Below, one piece after another: positions 38,366-48,036 of a DNA stretch of 64,000 bases. Each line of letters begins with the position of its first letter. Positions within the stretch are counted from its first letter, which is position 1. The notes below the pieces were generated by a model that was given only the letters and a program-made list of their open reading frames with translations, made no database searches and had not been told where the DNA came from. Source of the DNA: an uncultured delta proteobacterium (GTDB taxonomy: Bacteria > Desulfobacterota > Desulfobacteria > Desulfobacterales > JAHEIW01); NCBI GenBank assembly GCA_963706575.1, contig CAVPNL010000001.1:256001-320000 (forward strand), in the 5' to 3' direction. The position numbers and the translations under genes are program-made.

Positions 38366-39544
38366 TTATCTGGCCATGAATGCTCCGCCTTCAACAACCA
38401 GGGTTCTGACACCGCCGACGCCGTCACCGTTTTTGTCCATGGTGGTCACACCGGAGATGCCGTTGAAATCTTTCAGCTTTTCCCAACCCTGGCGGATTTT
38501 ATCGCGATCCTTGGCCAGGTCTCCGGGTTTGTTGGTAACCCCTTCTTCCTCCATGATTTTCTTGATAATATAAATGTTGTCATAGGAACGCGGTCCGCCG
38601 TAAGGTGGCGCTTTGCCGCCCGGAGAACGCGCTTTGAATTTCTCAAGATATTTGACCATTCTGGGGTCGGGGTTGCCACCGATCCAGGCGGCCGTTGAAC
38701 CAAAATAGCCTTCGACAGCCTCCCCGCCGATTTCGATCAGACCGGGAGTACTGTTGCAGGCGCCGCCCAGCATGGGTGCATTAAGGCCCTGCTTTTTAGC
38801 TTCGATCGCAATTTTGGCGCCGGCTTCGTAGCAGGAGCCAACCGCAATGCCATCCGGGTTCAGCGATTTGACCTCGGTTATAAATGGTGCGAAATCAACG
38901 GTTTGAGTCTGGAACGTAAACATTTTCTTGAGCTCTATGCCGTGTTTTTTGAATAAAACCGGCATGATTTTTTTGCCTTCCACCGTGGAAACGGCATCTT
39001 CCGAGTTGTAAAGGATAACGGCGGATTTGATACCATATTTTTCTTTCCATTTGGTGATGGCCGGATCGAGCTGCTTATCGCTGGTCAGGGTATTTCTGAA
39101 TGCCCAGGGGCTCAGGGCGGACAGACCCGGTTTGGAGGAGCAAAAAGAAATCATCGGCATCTTTAATCGATTCAGCTTTGGAAAAATGACTTCACAGACT
39201 GAGCTCTGGCAGGGCCCGTTGACCACCAGGGCCTTATCCTGTTTGGCGAGTTTTTCGACCACCGGGATGGCAGGTGGTGCTTTGCAGCCAACGTCGTACC
39301 ACACCATCTCGATTGGAACACCGCCGATTCCGCCGGCGGCATTGATTTCTTCTACCGCAATTTCAGCAGAAATTTTTGCAGCGTTGCCCCACTCAGCGCA
39401 GACCCCTGAAACTGAATAGATGCCGCCAATTTTGACCGTATCGCCGGAAAGCTTTCCGGCTTGAGCGGATGGCGCAAAGGTCAGGACGCTTACCACAAAA
39501 AACGCAATAATTACAATTGGCAAAAAATTTTTCTGTTTTACCAT
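38366..39544 (-). CDS. livK: Liv-type ABC substrate-binding protein
   Basis: Signal peptide, VKIGGIYSVSG, EEINAAGGIGG, WAFRN. Confidence 0.9.
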   Translation of the reverse strand: MVKQKNFLPIVIIAFFVVSVLTFAPSAQAGKLSGDTVKIGGIYSVSGVCAEWGNAAKISAEIAVEEINAAGGIGGVPIEMVWYDVGCKAPPAIPVVEKLAKQDKALVVNGPCQSSVCEVIFPKLNRLKMPMISFCSSKPGLSALSPWAFRNTLTSDKQLDPAITKWKEKYGIKSAVILYNSEDAVSTVEGKKIMPVLFKKHGIELKKMFTFQTQTVDFAPFITEVKSLNPDGIAVGSCYEAGAKIAIEAKKQGLNAPMLGGACNSTPGLIEIGGEAVEGYFGSTAAWIGGNPDPRMVKYLEKFKARSPGGKAPPYGGPRSYDNIYIIKKIMEEEGVTNKPGDLAKDRDKIRQGWEKLKDFNGISGVTTMDKNGDGVGGVRTLVVEGGAFMAR

Positions 39545-39689
39545 GATGCCCTCCTTTCGAATAGAAGTGAACCTACAAAGGACCCGTTCGGGTTCGTCCT
39601 CATTTTTTTTATCACCTCCCTTATCTCAACAGACGATATTCTTTAAACCGACGGTTCTTATAAACGAATTGATTTTATTTTACATCCAT

Positions 39690-40421
39690 TCATTGAACCC
39701 GCGCGCTGCGGCCGGCTCTTCCCAGGTAGGCTCTTTGAACCGCCTCATTATCCCGCAGCGTCTGACTGTTGCCCTCCAGGACAATGCGGCCGGTTTCCAT
39801 TACATAGCCGCGATCCGCGACAGTCAGGGCCTGATTGGCATTTTGCTCCACCAGCAAGATCGTGTAACCGTCGTTGGCACGCAGTTCATGGATGGTTTCG
39901 ATGATAAATTCCACTAAAACCGGCGCCAGCCCCAGAGAGGGCTCATCCATGAGCAGCAGCTGCGGTTTTGCCATCAAGGCCCGGCCGATCGCGAGCATCT
40001 GTTGTTCGCCTCCTGAAAGCGTGCCTGCATTCTGGCCCAGTCGTTCTTTCAATATCGGGAATTTTTCGAAGACCTGGTCAAGATCCTTGGCGATACCCAT
40101 TTTGTCGGAACGCAGGTAGGCGCCCATTTCCAGATTTTCTTTCACGGTCATGCGGGATAATATCCCCCGTCCTTCGGGAATTTGAACCACCCCCATCTTG
40201 ACGATTGCATAGGGTTTAACGCCGTCGATCCTGCGGTCCTGGTAGACAATTCGACCCTCTTTGGGCTTTAGGGCGCCGGATATGGTTCTCAAAAGCGTGC
40301 TTTTCCCGGCACCATTGGCGCCAATCAGAACCACGACTTCGCCGCGCTGGACGTCAATTCTTACCGCATTGATCGCGAGAATACCGCCGTATCCGGCTGA
40401 GATGTTTTCGACAGACAGCAT
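39690..40421 (-). CDS. livF: Liv-type ABC ATP-binding protein
   Basis: GANGAGKST, LSGGEQQM, DEPSLGLAP. Confidence 0.94.
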   Translation of the reverse strand: MLSVENISAGYGGILAINAVRIDVQRGEVVVLIGANGAGKSTLLRTISGALKPKEGRIVYQDRRIDGVKPYAIVKMGVVQIPEGRGILSRMTVKENLEMGAYLRSDKMGIAKDLDQVFEKFPILKERLGQNAGTLSGGEQQMLAIGRALMAKPQLLLMDEPSLGLAPVLVEFIIETIHELRANDGYTILLVEQNANQALTVADRGYVMETGRIVLEGNSQTLRDNEAVQRAYLGRAGRSARVQ

Positions 40422-40426
40422 CGCAT

Positions 40427-41188
40427 CTACCTTTTTCTGCCTAAATAGGCTTCAATGACCGCAGGATTTTCCTGAATCTCGGACGGGTTGCCTTCGGCGA
40501 TTTTAGCGCCGAAATTGAGCACTGAAATCACATTGGATATTTCCATGACCAAATCCATATTATGCTCGATTAAAAGAACCGTCTTACCCATCTGGTTGAT
40601 TTTGACGATCAGGGATTCCAGATCCACGGTTTCTTTTGGATTCATTCCGGCTGCGGGTTCGTCGAAGAGCAGCAAATCCGGATCCTGGCTGAGTGCCCTG
40701 GCGATTTCAACAAGACGCTGCTCGGCATGGGGGAGGTTGGCGGCAATCTGGTCGGCTTTTTGAGGGATGCCGACAAACTCCAACCAGTGCATGGCATTTT
40801 CACGGGTGGTCTTTTCTTCCTTCAACTCCCGCAGAGAAATTCGGAAGAGGGTTCTTAACAACCCGGTTTTGGTCCGGCAATAACTGCCAAGCATCACATT
40901 TTCCAAAACGCTCATATGACCGAAAAGCCTTACGATCTGAAAGGTCCTGGCAATTCCCAGTTCGGCTCTCTGATGGGGCTTTAATCCGTTAATCAGGCTT
41001 TTTCGAAAGGAGATTTGTCCTTCGGTAACATCGTACATTCCGCTGATCAGGTTAAAAAGGGTGGTCTTGCCGGCGCCATTGGGTCCGATAATGGCATGTA
41101 GCGTATTTTCTTCTACTTCAAGTTCTACATTCATAAGTGCGCAAAACCCGTCGAAATATTTAGCGATATCTTTTATTTCAAGAATCAT
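40427..41188 (-). CDS. livG: Liv-type ABC ATP-binding protein
   Basis: GPNGAGKTT, IARTFQ, DEPAAGMN. Confidence 0.94.
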   Translation of the reverse strand: MILEIKDIAKYFDGFCALMNVELEVEENTLHAIIGPNGAGKTTLFNLISGMYDVTEGQISFRKSLINGLKPHQRAELGIARTFQIVRLFGHMSVLENVMLGSYCRTKTGLLRTLFRISLRELKEEKTTRENAMHWLEFVGIPQKADQIAANLPHAEQRLVEIARALSQDPDLLLFDEPAAGMNPKETVDLESLIVKINQMGKTVLLIEHNMDLVMEISNVISVLNFGAKIAEGNPSEIQENPAVIEAYLGRKR

Positions 41189-42075
41189 TTGCCCTCCGTT
41201 CGGTCCGGATAGAGAACGCCAGCGCTCTCTATCCCCAAAAGTTTGCGAAAGGCATATTCAATAGATCGTACGGAATCCAGACTGATAATCCCCTGGGGTC
41301 TGACAATCATCATTAAAATAAGCAGCGCGCCGTATAACTCCATGCGCCATTCCTGGATGACGCGCAGAAATTCCGGAACCAAAGTTAAAACAAAAGCACC
41401 GAATATGGGACCCCAGAATATCTGGATTCCACCGAAAATGGTAAATACGATCAACTCAACGGCGTGCATGACGTCGAACATGAGTGGTTCGATGTACTCC
41501 TGGTAGTGGGCAAAGATCCCCCCGCCGACACCGGCAATAAAAGCACCCGATGAAAATGCGGTCAGCTTGACGGCGGTGATGTTTACCCCCAGAACTTCAG
41601 CCGCATCCTCATCACTGCCGACCGCCTGACAGGCCCGGCCCATTCGAGACTTGCGCAATCGATTAAAGAATACGATCAGGATCACGATCATGCCATAAGC
41701 ATACAACAGGGTGTGTTCCTGATAGGGGATTCCCGGAAAACCGGCAGCGGCACCGATATAGTCGATATTGATGAAGACCACACGCACAATCTCACCAAAT
41801 CCCAGGGTCAACAGCAGCAGATAAATCCCTTTGATACGCAGGGCCGGAAGCCCTAAAACGAAACCGACCATTGCGGAACAAATCCCGCCGATCAAAACAG
41901 CCGGCACGTAAGGGATTCCGAATTTAACCGTGCAGACCGCCGACGCGTAAGCACCAATAGACATAAACCCGGCCTGACCCAGGGATATCTGTCCGGTCAT
42001 AAAGGGCAGATAGAAGCTAAGGGCCATAATGATATTAATGCCTGCAATCGTGATAACGGAAATCAGATAATCCAA
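41185..42075 (-). CDS. livM: Liv-type ABC permease
   Basis: TGQISLGQAGF, LRIKGIY, SRMGRA, RPQGI. Confidence 0.92.
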   Translation of the reverse strand: MDYLISVITIAGINIIMALSFYLPFMTGQISLGQAGFMSIGAYASAVCTVKFGIPYVPAVLIGGICSAMVGFVLGLPALRIKGIYLLLLTLGFGEIVRVVFINIDYIGAAAGFPGIPYQEHTLLYAYGMIVILIVFFNRLRKSRMGRACQAVGSDEDAAEVLGVNITAVKLTAFSSGAFIAGVGGGIFAHYQEYIEPLMFDVMHAVELIVFTIFGGIQIFWGPIFGAFVLTLVPEFLRVIQEWRMELYGALLILMMIVRPQGIISLDSVRSIEYAFRKLLGIESAGVLYPDRTEGK

Positions 42076-42089
42076 TTCAAAATCCCTTC

Positions 42090-42965
42090 TTAACCCTGTC
42101 GAATGCGTGTCCCGAAAAGCCCGGTGGGTTTGAATATCAGAATCAGGATCATGATACCGAAAGAAAAAATATCCTGTAAATTAATCTCGGTCGGCAGGAT
42201 AACGATACTGAGCACTTCAGCCAATCCCAGAATCAGTCCGCCAATCATGGCGCCGGCCACATTGCCGAGTCCTCCCAAAAGCATAACGACCAGCCCTTTA
42301 AGGGCAAAAGTCAGTCCGATAAAAGGAGAAATGGCGTGGAAGGACAACCCGATCATCACCCCGGCAGCCCCGGCTAGGGCGGATGCGATACCAAAGGTAA
42401 TCAGGACGATCCAATCCACATTTACGCCCAGCAGACCCGCGACCATGTGATTTTCAGAGACCGCGCGCATGCCTTTTCCAATCTTTGCCTTGGCGATAAA
42501 AAAATACAGGCCGACCATTAAAGACAGAGAAATCCCCAGTATAAGGACGTTAACGGAACTGATGAAAAATGATCCAACCTGATAATTCGTGGTTCCGATG
42601 GCATCGGGAAAACGGGTCCCGTATCCGCCGAAAAGCTTTACGGCCAGGTTCTGCAGAATAATGGTAACCCCGATGGTGCTTAAAAGCGGTGCCAGGTGAA
42701 AATCCTTTCTAAGCGGCCGGATCGCCAGCAAATCGATCAAAACACCCAGGATTCCCGTGGCTAGCATGGCCAGGGGCAGGGTGATGTAGAGCGGCAGGCC
42801 GCTCCAGATGATGATATAGAGCCCCATAAAGGCACCGGCCATTAAGACTTCGCCGTGCGCAAAATGCAGAATTCCGAGCACGCCGAATATGAGGGTATAA
42901 CCGATCGCCACCAGCGAATATGTGGCGCCCAGCGTCAGACCGTTGATAATTTGTTGAAAGATCAT
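42090..42965 (-). CDS. livH: Liv-type ABC permease
   Basis: QQIINGLTLGATYSLVAIGYTLIFG, FAHGE, GKGMRAVSE. Confidence 0.93.
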   Translation of the reverse strand: MIFQQIINGLTLGATYSLVAIGYTLIFGVLGILHFAHGEVLMAGAFMGLYIIIWSGLPLYITLPLAMLATGILGVLIDLLAIRPLRKDFHLAPLLSTIGVTIILQNLAVKLFGGYGTRFPDAIGTTNYQVGSFFISSVNVLILGISLSLMVGLYFFIAKAKIGKGMRAVSENHMVAGLLGVNVDWIVLITFGIASALAGAAGVMIGLSFHAISPFIGLTFALKGLVVMLLGGLGNVAGAMIGGLILGLAEVLSIVILPTEINLQDIFSFGIMILILIFKPTGLFGTRIRQG

Positions 42966-43442
42966 TTATTCCTCATTTGCTGAGCGGCTTCCATCACCGA
43001 ATCGACCACCTGCTTGTATCCGGTGCAGCGGCACAGCACGCCGGACATGTTCTTTCGCACCTCTTCCTCGCTCGGATTCGGATTTTCATTGAGAAATTCA
43101 TAGGCGGTCATCAGCATGCCGGGGGTGCAGTATCCGCACTGCAGGCCGTGTTTTTCGCGAAATGCTTCCTGAATGCGGGTGTAATTGCGCGGCATCTGCA
43201 AGCCCCTCGACGGTCGTGATGTCGGCACCATCGGCCTGGACGGCAAACATCAGGCAGGAACGCACCGCGCGGCCGTTGAACAGAACCGTACAGGAGCCAC
43301 ATATGCCGTGTTCGCATCCGATGTGGGTTCCCACCAGTTCCAGATCGTTTCTTAAAAAATCAACCAGAAGGCGCCGGGGCTCTACCCAACGCTCATAGTC
43401 CACGCCATTTACATTTACTGCGATGCGACGACTGTCTGCCAT
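42962..43442 (-). pseudogene. 2x[2Fe-2S] small subunit (CoxS/HmfC-like), split by a +1 frameshift (real or sequencing error)
   Basis: GCEHGICGSCTV is in one frame; IQEAFREKHGLQCGYCTPG...CRCTGY is in another. The minus strand reads CAC CCG C ATT CAG, an extra base at ~43175. Confidence 0.85.
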
Positions 43443-43443
43443 T

Positions 43444-44325
43444 TTATTGACCTCCATTGAGCATCTTCCATGCCTCTTGCAATCCTCTTTTTACGAAAAC
43501 CCGTGCCATGTCCATACGATATTCAGCCGAAGCGTGATAATCGGGTTCGGTGTCGGTCTCCTCAGCGGCCTGTTGAGCCGCTTCTGCGATCAGTTTTTCG
43601 GTAATTTTTTGACCCGCCAATAGCGCTTCAGCTTCTTGCGCGCGCACCGGGGTCGGGGCGACACCGCCCATCGAGATTCGCGCTTCGCTGCACACCCCTG
43701 CCGCTTCGGTCAAAAGCAAAATGCCTACCGCCACAATGGCAAAATCACCCGAACGTCGACTCAGTTCCATAAAAGACCATCCCGTATTCTGCGGCAGGGC
43801 CGGAATTCTTACTTCCACCAGAAGATCCGACGGCTCCAGCGAAGTCGTCAGATAGGTCAAAAAGAATTCTTCGGGCTGCAATATTTTATCTCCGGACGGC
43901 CCCAAGACCTTTAGCATTCCATTGAGGGCACACAGTGCGGTCGGTATTTCGGCTGAAGGGTCGGCATGCACCAGGCTGCCGCCAATGGTTCCACGATTTC
44001 TAATGGTGCTGTGCCCGATAAATGATATGGCCTTGGAGAGGATGGGCCATTTTTCGACGACCACCGGTGATTGCTCAATATCTCTTTCGCGGGTTAACGC
44101 CCCAATTACAAGCTCATCGCCTTCGGTTTTTATGTATTCGAGTTCCCTGATCCCATTGATGTCGATCAGAATTTCGGGACGGGCCAGTCGGAAATTCATC
44201 ATGGGGACCAGGCTCTGCCCCCCTGCGATTATCTTGGCCTCATCTCCGTAGCGATCCAGCAGATCGATGGCCTCTTCGACTGTTTGGGGACTGAGATATT
44301 CAAAAGCGCATGGTTTCATATCCAT
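43444..44325 (-). CDS. FAD-binding medium subunit (CoxM/HmfB-like)
   Basis: MKPCAFEY, AGGQSLVPMMNFRLARP, IRNRGTIGGS..HADPSAE, RRSGDFA; no Fe-S insert. Confidence 0.93.
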   Translation of the reverse strand: MDMKPCAFEYLSPQTVEEAIDLLDRYGDEAKIIAGGQSLVPMMNFRLARPEILIDINGIRELEYIKTEGDELVIGALTRERDIEQSPVVVEKWPILSKAISFIGHSTIRNRGTIGGSLVHADPSAEIPTALCALNGMLKVLGPSGDKILQPEEFFLTYLTTSLEPSDLLVEVRIPALPQNTGWSFMELSRRSGDFAIVAVGILLLTEAAGVCSEARISMGGVAPTPVRAQEAEALLAGQKITEKLIAEAAQQAAEETDTEPDYHASAEYRMDMARVFVKRGLQEAWKMLNGGQ

Positions 44326-44343
44326 TCTCCTGTGGTGATAACT

Positions 44344-44784
44344 CTAAAGCGACTTTAATTCCTTGCCGATTTGCTTAAAAAATTGACCCAGCATCATTTT
44401 AGCGATTCCGCTGATCAGCCTTTGCCCGACCCCTGCGATCAGCCCGCCGACCTGTCCCTCGCCCTGATAGGAAACGATGGTGCGCTGGTCTTGATGGGAC
44501 AGTTCAATCAGGGCCTCTCCTTTTACGAATCCGGGGATGCCGCTGCCTTCGACAACCAGGCGGTATTTTTCCGGAGGCTGGGGATCTGCCACTTCGGCCA
44601 TCCCTTTGTAGGTTCCTTTAATGGCGGCGATGCCGATCTTTAATGTGGCATCATATTTCCCGGGTTCGATTTCCTCTAATTTTTCACATCCCGGGATGGC
44701 TTTTTCGAGATGCCGTGGATTGGTTAAAACCTCCCAGACCTTTTCCTGGGTGGCATTGAATTTGTACGTTCCTTCCAGTTTCAT
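44344..44784 (-). CDS. coxG: CoxG-family (SRPBCC/START fold) protein
   Basis: VWEVLTNP..L..AIPGCE, GGLIAGVGQRLI. Confidence 0.9.
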   Translation of the reverse strand: MKLEGTYKFNATQEKVWEVLTNPRHLEKAIPGCEKLEEIEPGKYDATLKIGIAAIKGTYKGMAEVADPQPPEKYRLVVEGSGIPGFVKGEALIELSHQDQRTIVSYQGEGQVGGLIAGVGQRLISGIAKMMLGQFFKQIGKELKSL

Positions 44785-44806
44785 AAAAATCTCCGTAGCA
44801 GCTAGA

Positions 44807-47230
44807 TTATTTTTGTCCTTTGGCTTCCTGGATCAGATGCCAGATTTTATTCGGGCTCAGAGGCAGTTCGTTTATGGTTACACCCAAGGGTGCCAGGGCA
44901 TCTGCAATGGCATTTGCGATGGCCACCGGGACCGACATGGTGGAACTTTCGCCCGCGCCTTTTGAACCCAAAGCGGTCAGCGGGGAGGGTGTTTCCACGT
45001 GTCCGATATCCACCTTGGGGACTTCCATGGCCGTCGGCACTAGATAGTCCTGAAAGGATGCGGTCAGGCATTGACCGTTTTCATCGTAGGCCCATTCTTC
45101 ATAAAGGGTGCCCCCGAGGGCGTGAGCAATACTTCCCATGACCTGACCTTCCAGCAGCAGGGGATTCAGAACGGTTCCGGAATCATGCACGCTGGCCCAT
45201 TTGAGAAACTCAACCTGACCGGTTTCGGGATCCACTTCCACTACAATGGCCTCGGCGATAAATCCATAGGTGTTGGAAGAATCCACGCGATCCAGCTGGT
45301 CGGGCGGCTGTGAGGTCGGCATGGATAACAGGCTGCTGGCGTACAGGCCGACATCCGTTCCCTCCGGTAGAGCGGATTGATTCCAGTGGGCGGTGCCGGC
45401 AATGTGTTTGACATGGATCGATTTGTCCGGGGCGCCCTTGACATAAAATTTGCCATCCTGGTCTTCGATGTCATCGGGGTTGGCTTCCAGAAGATGAGCG
45501 GCAATTTTTTTCATTTTTTCCTTCACCTTGCGGGTGGCTGCGACAACCGCATTTGTACCTACAGAGGCAAAACGGCTCGAATAGCTTCCGGTGGTAATGG
45601 TATAAACCCGGTCATGGGTGTCCACCACGTCGCTGACCGTTACATCATCCGGGCTGATACCGAGTTCATCGGCTACGATCTGCGATATGACGGTTTCGTG
45701 CCCCTGACCTTGGGGGTTGGTGCATGCGATCACGTGGGCTTTTCCCAGCGGGTCTAATTTGACGATGACCGATTCACCTGATCCCGACTTGGGATGGCCT
45801 TTGGCTCGCTGCTCGGGAGTCAACGCCAGGGTGACATAGGCGATATTGGTAACCGAGGGATCTACCACCGTTGCCAGCCCAATACCGATATAGCGGCCTT
45901 GCTTGCGGGCTTTTTGCTGCTCTTTTCTCGTTTTCTCGTAGTCGATTTTGTCCAGCGCCATCCGCAGGGCTTTGGGATAGTCGCCGGCGTCGTATACGCC
46001 GCCGGTTGCGGTGGTATAAGGGAACTGATCGGATTGAATGAAGTTTTTGAACCGTATTTCAGCCGGATCCATTTCCAATTCCGCAGCAACCATGTCCACC
46101 AGTCGTTCGACACTGAAATAAAGCTCCTGGCAGGTATATCCGCGGTTGGGGGCTGTCAGGCATTTGTTGGTGCCGACAACCATCACTTCTCGATCTAAAT
46201 TGCGAATTTGATAGGCACCGGTGTGATTACCGGTGCTGCGGTAGGCACATCCGGGCTCCGGAGCGCGGATGTATCCGCCGGTGTTGTCCATGGCTTTATC
46301 TTTGAGCCCCAGAATGGTTCCGTCTTTTTTGACGGCCGCCTCCATATAGGTGACGCGATCGGTTCCCGTGGCACTGGCCAGCAGGTGTTCGCGGCGGTCT
46401 TCAATCCATTTGACCGTCATGCCTGTTTTTTTAGCCGCAAGCGCAATTAAGGCGATATAGGGGTACATCCCGGTTTTGGTGCCAAAGCCGCCGCCGATAT
46501 CGGTGGGTACGATCCAGCGCATCTTGTTTTCCTGAATTCCAAGGGCGATGGCGACCAGGGAATGATTGACAAAGGGGCCCTGATAGTTGTTGTAAATGAC
46601 AAATTCCTCGTTAAAGGGATTGTATGATGCAACCACACCATAGGTCTCGATGGGCGTAGATCCGTATTTGGGAAAAAGAAATTTACCCTTGACCACCAGG
46701 TCCGCTTCTTCATATGCTTTTTGCATATCCCCGTATTGGAAAAAGCGATGCGAATAAATGTTGCTGCCGATATTGTCATGCAGAATGGGGGCATCCGGTT
46801 CGACGGCTGCCTCTATGTCCATTACGACCGGCAACGGGTCATATTCGACCTCGATCATGTCCAGCGCGTCTTCTGCGATATAGCGATTATCCGCGACAAC
46901 CACGGCAACGGGCTCACCGACGAAACGGACCTTATCCACCGCACAGCTGTAATACTTGGGTGGAATCGGCACGCCCACCGGAAATGGCTGAGACATGGCG
47001 GCCACATCATTGCCGGTTAGAACACCTCTGACGCCGGGAACATTCAGGGCCGGGGATATATCCAACCCCTTAATCCATGCATGCGGATAAGGGCTGCGCA
47101 GTATGGCGGCGTGCTTCATATTCGGCAGATAAATATCATCCATAAAGCGTCCGCGACCCGTCAGAAGCCGGAGGTCTTCTTTGCGCTTCATTCCTGTACC
47201 GACCCACTTTTTTTGTTGCTTTTCTGGCAT
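44807..47230 (-). CDS. Molybdopterin large subunit, 2-furoyl-CoA dehydrogenase (HmfA)-like
   Basis: KRKEDLRLLTGRG, GGYIRAPEP, PSVTNIAYVT, GSYSSRFA, PDQLDRVDSSNTYGF and KGAGE resemble HmfA as recalled; there is no CoxL AYxCSFR loop. Confidence 0.85.
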   Translation of the reverse strand: MPEKQQKKWVGTGMKRKEDLRLLTGRGRFMDDIYLPNMKHAAILRSPYPHAWIKGLDISPALNVPGVRGVLTGNDVAAMSQPFPVGVPIPPKYYSCAVDKVRFVGEPVAVVVADNRYIAEDALDMIEVEYDPLPVVMDIEAAVEPDAPILHDNIGSNIYSHRFFQYGDMQKAYEEADLVVKGKFLFPKYGSTPIETYGVVASYNPFNEEFVIYNNYQGPFVNHSLVAIALGIQENKMRWIVPTDIGGGFGTKTGMYPYIALIALAAKKTGMTVKWIEDRREHLLASATGTDRVTYMEAAVKKDGTILGLKDKAMDNTGGYIRAPEPGCAYRSTGNHTGAYQIRNLDREVMVVGTNKCLTAPNRGYTCQELYFSVERLVDMVAAELEMDPAEIRFKNFIQSDQFPYTTATGGVYDAGDYPKALRMALDKIDYEKTRKEQQKARKQGRYIGIGLATVVDPSVTNIAYVTLALTPEQRAKGHPKSGSGESVIVKLDPLGKAHVIACTNPQGQGHETVISQIVADELGISPDDVTVSDVVDTHDRVYTITTGSYSSRFASVGTNAVVAATRKVKEKMKKIAAHLLEANPDDIEDQDGKFYVKGAPDKSIHVKHIAGTAHWNQSALPEGTDVGLYASSLLSMPTSQPPDQLDRVDSSNTYGFIAEAIVVEVDPETGQVEFLKWASVHDSGTVLNPLLLEGQVMGSIAHALGGTLYEEWAYDENGQCLTASFQDYLVPTAMEVPKVDIGHVETPSPLTALGSKGAGESSTMSVPVAIANAIADALAPLGVTINELPLSPNKIWHLIQEAKGQK

Positions 47231-47341
47231 GCTTAATTCTCTCCTTGTTTTATAGTGGTTGTTAAAAAAACGTTGCGGTATTCAAACGTTTTTTTCTACA
47301 ATCACTTATGCCGCACTGCGGTATAAAAGCGCTTAAATCAG

Positions 47342-48034
47342 CTAGTCTTTAAACCACTCAAGTGTATGAATGTCATATTCGATGGTGATCTTGCGGTTCA
47401 AGCTGGCATCCAGCAACTCAGCTTCAAAACGATCTGCAAAAACCATTTCTCCGGACAAAATAGGCGGTGTGCCTGAAAATATCACAATGCCGCCAATTCG
47501 GTCATTTAACTGCTCCTGGACGAGTCGGATCAAATTTTCAGGCGGTAGAATGGATCCGAGAGTTGACTCCTGGTAAATGTTTTTTTGTCCATCTTTAATT
47601 GCCCAGCTGCGAACTTGAATCTGATCCCAGGTCTCTTTGACTTCCTCGTAATTCCATAAGTTTCTGGAGAGGATGGTGGGACAGACCTGTTTTGATTTGC
47701 GGATATCAAGTCTTTCCAGCTCCCGATCGGTGTGGTCACTGGCAAGCCCGACGTAGATGCTGTTTTCATCGATAAGCAGGAAAAACTCAACCTCACCGGA
47801 AGTTTCCCGGCCTTCGACCTGAATCGCGTCCTTTTGAGTCAATCCCCAGGCCGGTTTGGGGTATTGGGTCGGAACTGAAGGCGGGGGTTCAACGCCCTCT
47901 TTGGCCAGTTCTTCAATATGCTTGCGAACAGCCGATTGATCGCGTCCGGTATAACCACAAAGCACGGCCCCGTTTACCTCATAGCCGATCTCTCTTTTGC
48001 CGGTTTTTTCTTCAACTATAAATTGGAATATCAT
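47342..48034 (-). CDS. DUF2848-family protein
   Basis: GYTGRDQSAVRKHIEELAKEGV.PP.SVP, TSGEVE, SDHTDRELE, SKQVCP. Confidence 0.85.
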   Translation of the reverse strand: MIFQFIVEEKTGKREIGYEVNGAVLCGYTGRDQSAVRKHIEELAKEGVEPPPSVPTQYPKPAWGLTQKDAIQVEGRETSGEVEFFLLIDENSIYVGLASDHTDRELERLDIRKSKQVCPTILSRNLWNYEEVKETWDQIQVRSWAIKDGQKNIYQESTLGSILPPENLIRLVQEQLNDRIGGIVIFSGTPPILSGEMVFADRFEAELLDASLNRKITIEYDIHTLEWFKD

Positions 48035-48036
48035 CG

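Noticed and set aside
38156..38698. 180-aa plus-strand ORF
   Set aside because: Spans palindromic intergenic DNA and is antisense to livK, with no motifs.
42962..47230. Aerobic CO dehydrogenase (coxLMS/coxG)
   Set aside because: The large subunit has neither the form I AYxCSFR nor the form II AYxGAGR loop; it has APNRGYTC and HmfA-like segments, next to a CoA ligase.
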